Below are positions 63,314 through 64,000 of a stretch of DNA of 64,000 nucleotides, piece after piece (the stretch's first letter is position 1; the number at the start of each line of letters is the position of its first letter). A model generated the notes under the pieces. That model was not told the DNA's origin. It worked only from the letters and a program-made list of their open reading frames with translations, and did no database searches. The translations under genes and the position numbers were made by a program. The stretch is from Gemmatimonadota bacterium (lineage in GTDB: Bacteria > Gemmatimonadota > Gemmatimonadetes > Gemmatimonadales > GWC2-71-9): contig JBDHFY010000002.1 in the NCBI GenBank assembly GCA_039590195.1, positions 4,660 to 68,659 of the forward strand. Reading direction: 5' to 3'.

Positions 63314-64000
63314 TGCGTTGGGTCGTCCTTGGCGTTAGCGCTCTGCTGGTAATTGCCCTGGCCGTTGCCGTAGGTCCGGCCCGCATTCCCATCGCCACCG
63401 TTGCGGAGAACCTCGTGGGACGCGGCGACTCCACGTCACTCGCCATCGTGCGCGAACTGCGACTGCCGAGGGCGCTCCTGGCGTTTGCCGTGGGAGGGTG
63501 CCTGGCGGTCACAGGGGCCGTGCTCCAGGCGTTAGTGCGAAATCCCCTCGCCGACCCCTACCTCCTCGGTCTCTCGGGAGGTGCCGGTCTCGCCGCCGTG
63601 CTGGCGATTGCCTTTCGTCTCGGCGGAGCGTGGGCGATACCCGCGGCGGCGTTCGTCGGTGCTCTGGCCGCCATCACCCTCGTCTATCGCCTGGCGCTGG
63701 TGTCCGGCGCCGTGCTCGATACCCGCGTGCTGATTCTGGCGGGAGTGGTGGTGAGCGCGTTTACCGGAGCGCTACTCGGTGCCGCCGCATCGCTCTCTTC
63801 CGCGGCGGAGCTGCGCAACGCGATGCTCTGGTTGCTCGGCGGCTTTGACGCCGCGTCGTGGCGCGCTTTCAGAGTCTTCGTCGTGTACGCGGTTGTACCG
63901 TTGGGGTTGCTCTTCTACTGGAGCCGACCTCTCGATCTCCTCTCTCTTGGCGAGGAGCCGGCGCAGTTTCTGGGCGCCGACGTGGAGCGGTTAAAGCGAT
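63310..64000 (+). CDS. FecCD-family ABC permease, BtuC-like (3' end lies outside the window)
   Basis: This ORF is not in the supplied track because no stop is reached. My own translation from ATG 63310 (ATGA overlap) gives MMRWVVLGVSALLVIALAVAVGPARIP...LRLPRALLAFAVGGCLAVTGAVLQALVRNPLADPYLLGLSGGA, the FecCD signature. Confidence 0.85.
   Translation, partial: MMRWVVLGVSALLVIALAVAVGPARIPIATVAENLVGRGDSTSLAIVRELRLPRALLAFAVGGCLAVTGAVLQALVRNPLADPYLLGLSGGAGLAAVLAIAFRLGGAWAIPAAAFVGALAAITLVYRLALVSGAVLDTRVLILAGVVVSAFTGALLGAAASLSSAAELRNAMLWLLGGFDAASWRAFRVFVVYAVVPLGLLFYWSRPLDLLSLGEEPAQFLGADVERLKR

Overview
GC-rich bacterial chromosomal DNA, probably from a diderm (lipoproteins, an outer-membrane-barrel-like ORF, BtuF/BtuC). 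The phylum cannot be fixed without a search; Gemmatimonadota-like is only a guess. About 65 CDS are packed almost gap-free, and all but three are on the + strand.

Gene order along the window:
- a CheA-less module: DUF4388/PATAN-TPR protein, two CheW, and a second TPR protein
- tRNA-Val, a secreted TPR-like gene, tRNA-Asp, and a strong terminator
- a dcw cluster (rsmH-ftsL-ftsI-murE-murF-mraY-murD-ftsW-murG-murC-ftsQ-ftsA-ftsZ) followed by an M23 peptidase
- ftsY and recG
- phhB, a four-helix-bundle (4HB) gene cassette, and asnS
- mazG, then alr-deoB-cdd-eutN
- a lipoprotein and barrel pair
- mtaB-miaB-comFB-comEC
- a disrupted fbp
- a methylmalonyl-CoA mutase catalytic subunit, an FmdB zinc ribbon and a PfkB kinase
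- purM-ribD-ribE-ribBA-ribH-nusB
- a GT4 glycosyltransferase
- hpf-hprK, a complete mannose-type PTS, and ptsH-ptsI
- metK-ahcY
- a bifunctional nuclease
- a cobalamin riboswitch with BtuF/BtuC-like transport genes

Many longest-ORF starts in the supplied track are N-terminal over-extensions. I re-assigned them using conserved N-termini and the recurrent GTGA/ATGA stop-start overlaps.

Most unusual items:
1. A 4HB (rRNA-IVS-protein family) gene enclosed by inverted arrays of a telomere-like 7-nt repeat, inserted in the phhB/asnS divergent region. The gene itself is frameshifted.
2. An orphan EutN/CcmL microcompartment vertex gene translationally coupled to cdd/deoB, with no shell genes in the window.
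3. The CheA-less PATAN/CheW/TPR module.
4. An fbp gene whose two conserved halves lie in different frames, with the metal-binding segment missing.
5. A second 7-nt tandem array upstream of the nuclease gene.

No CRISPR array, transposase, integrase or rRNA was seen. All calls rest on reading motifs by eye; no database search was run.
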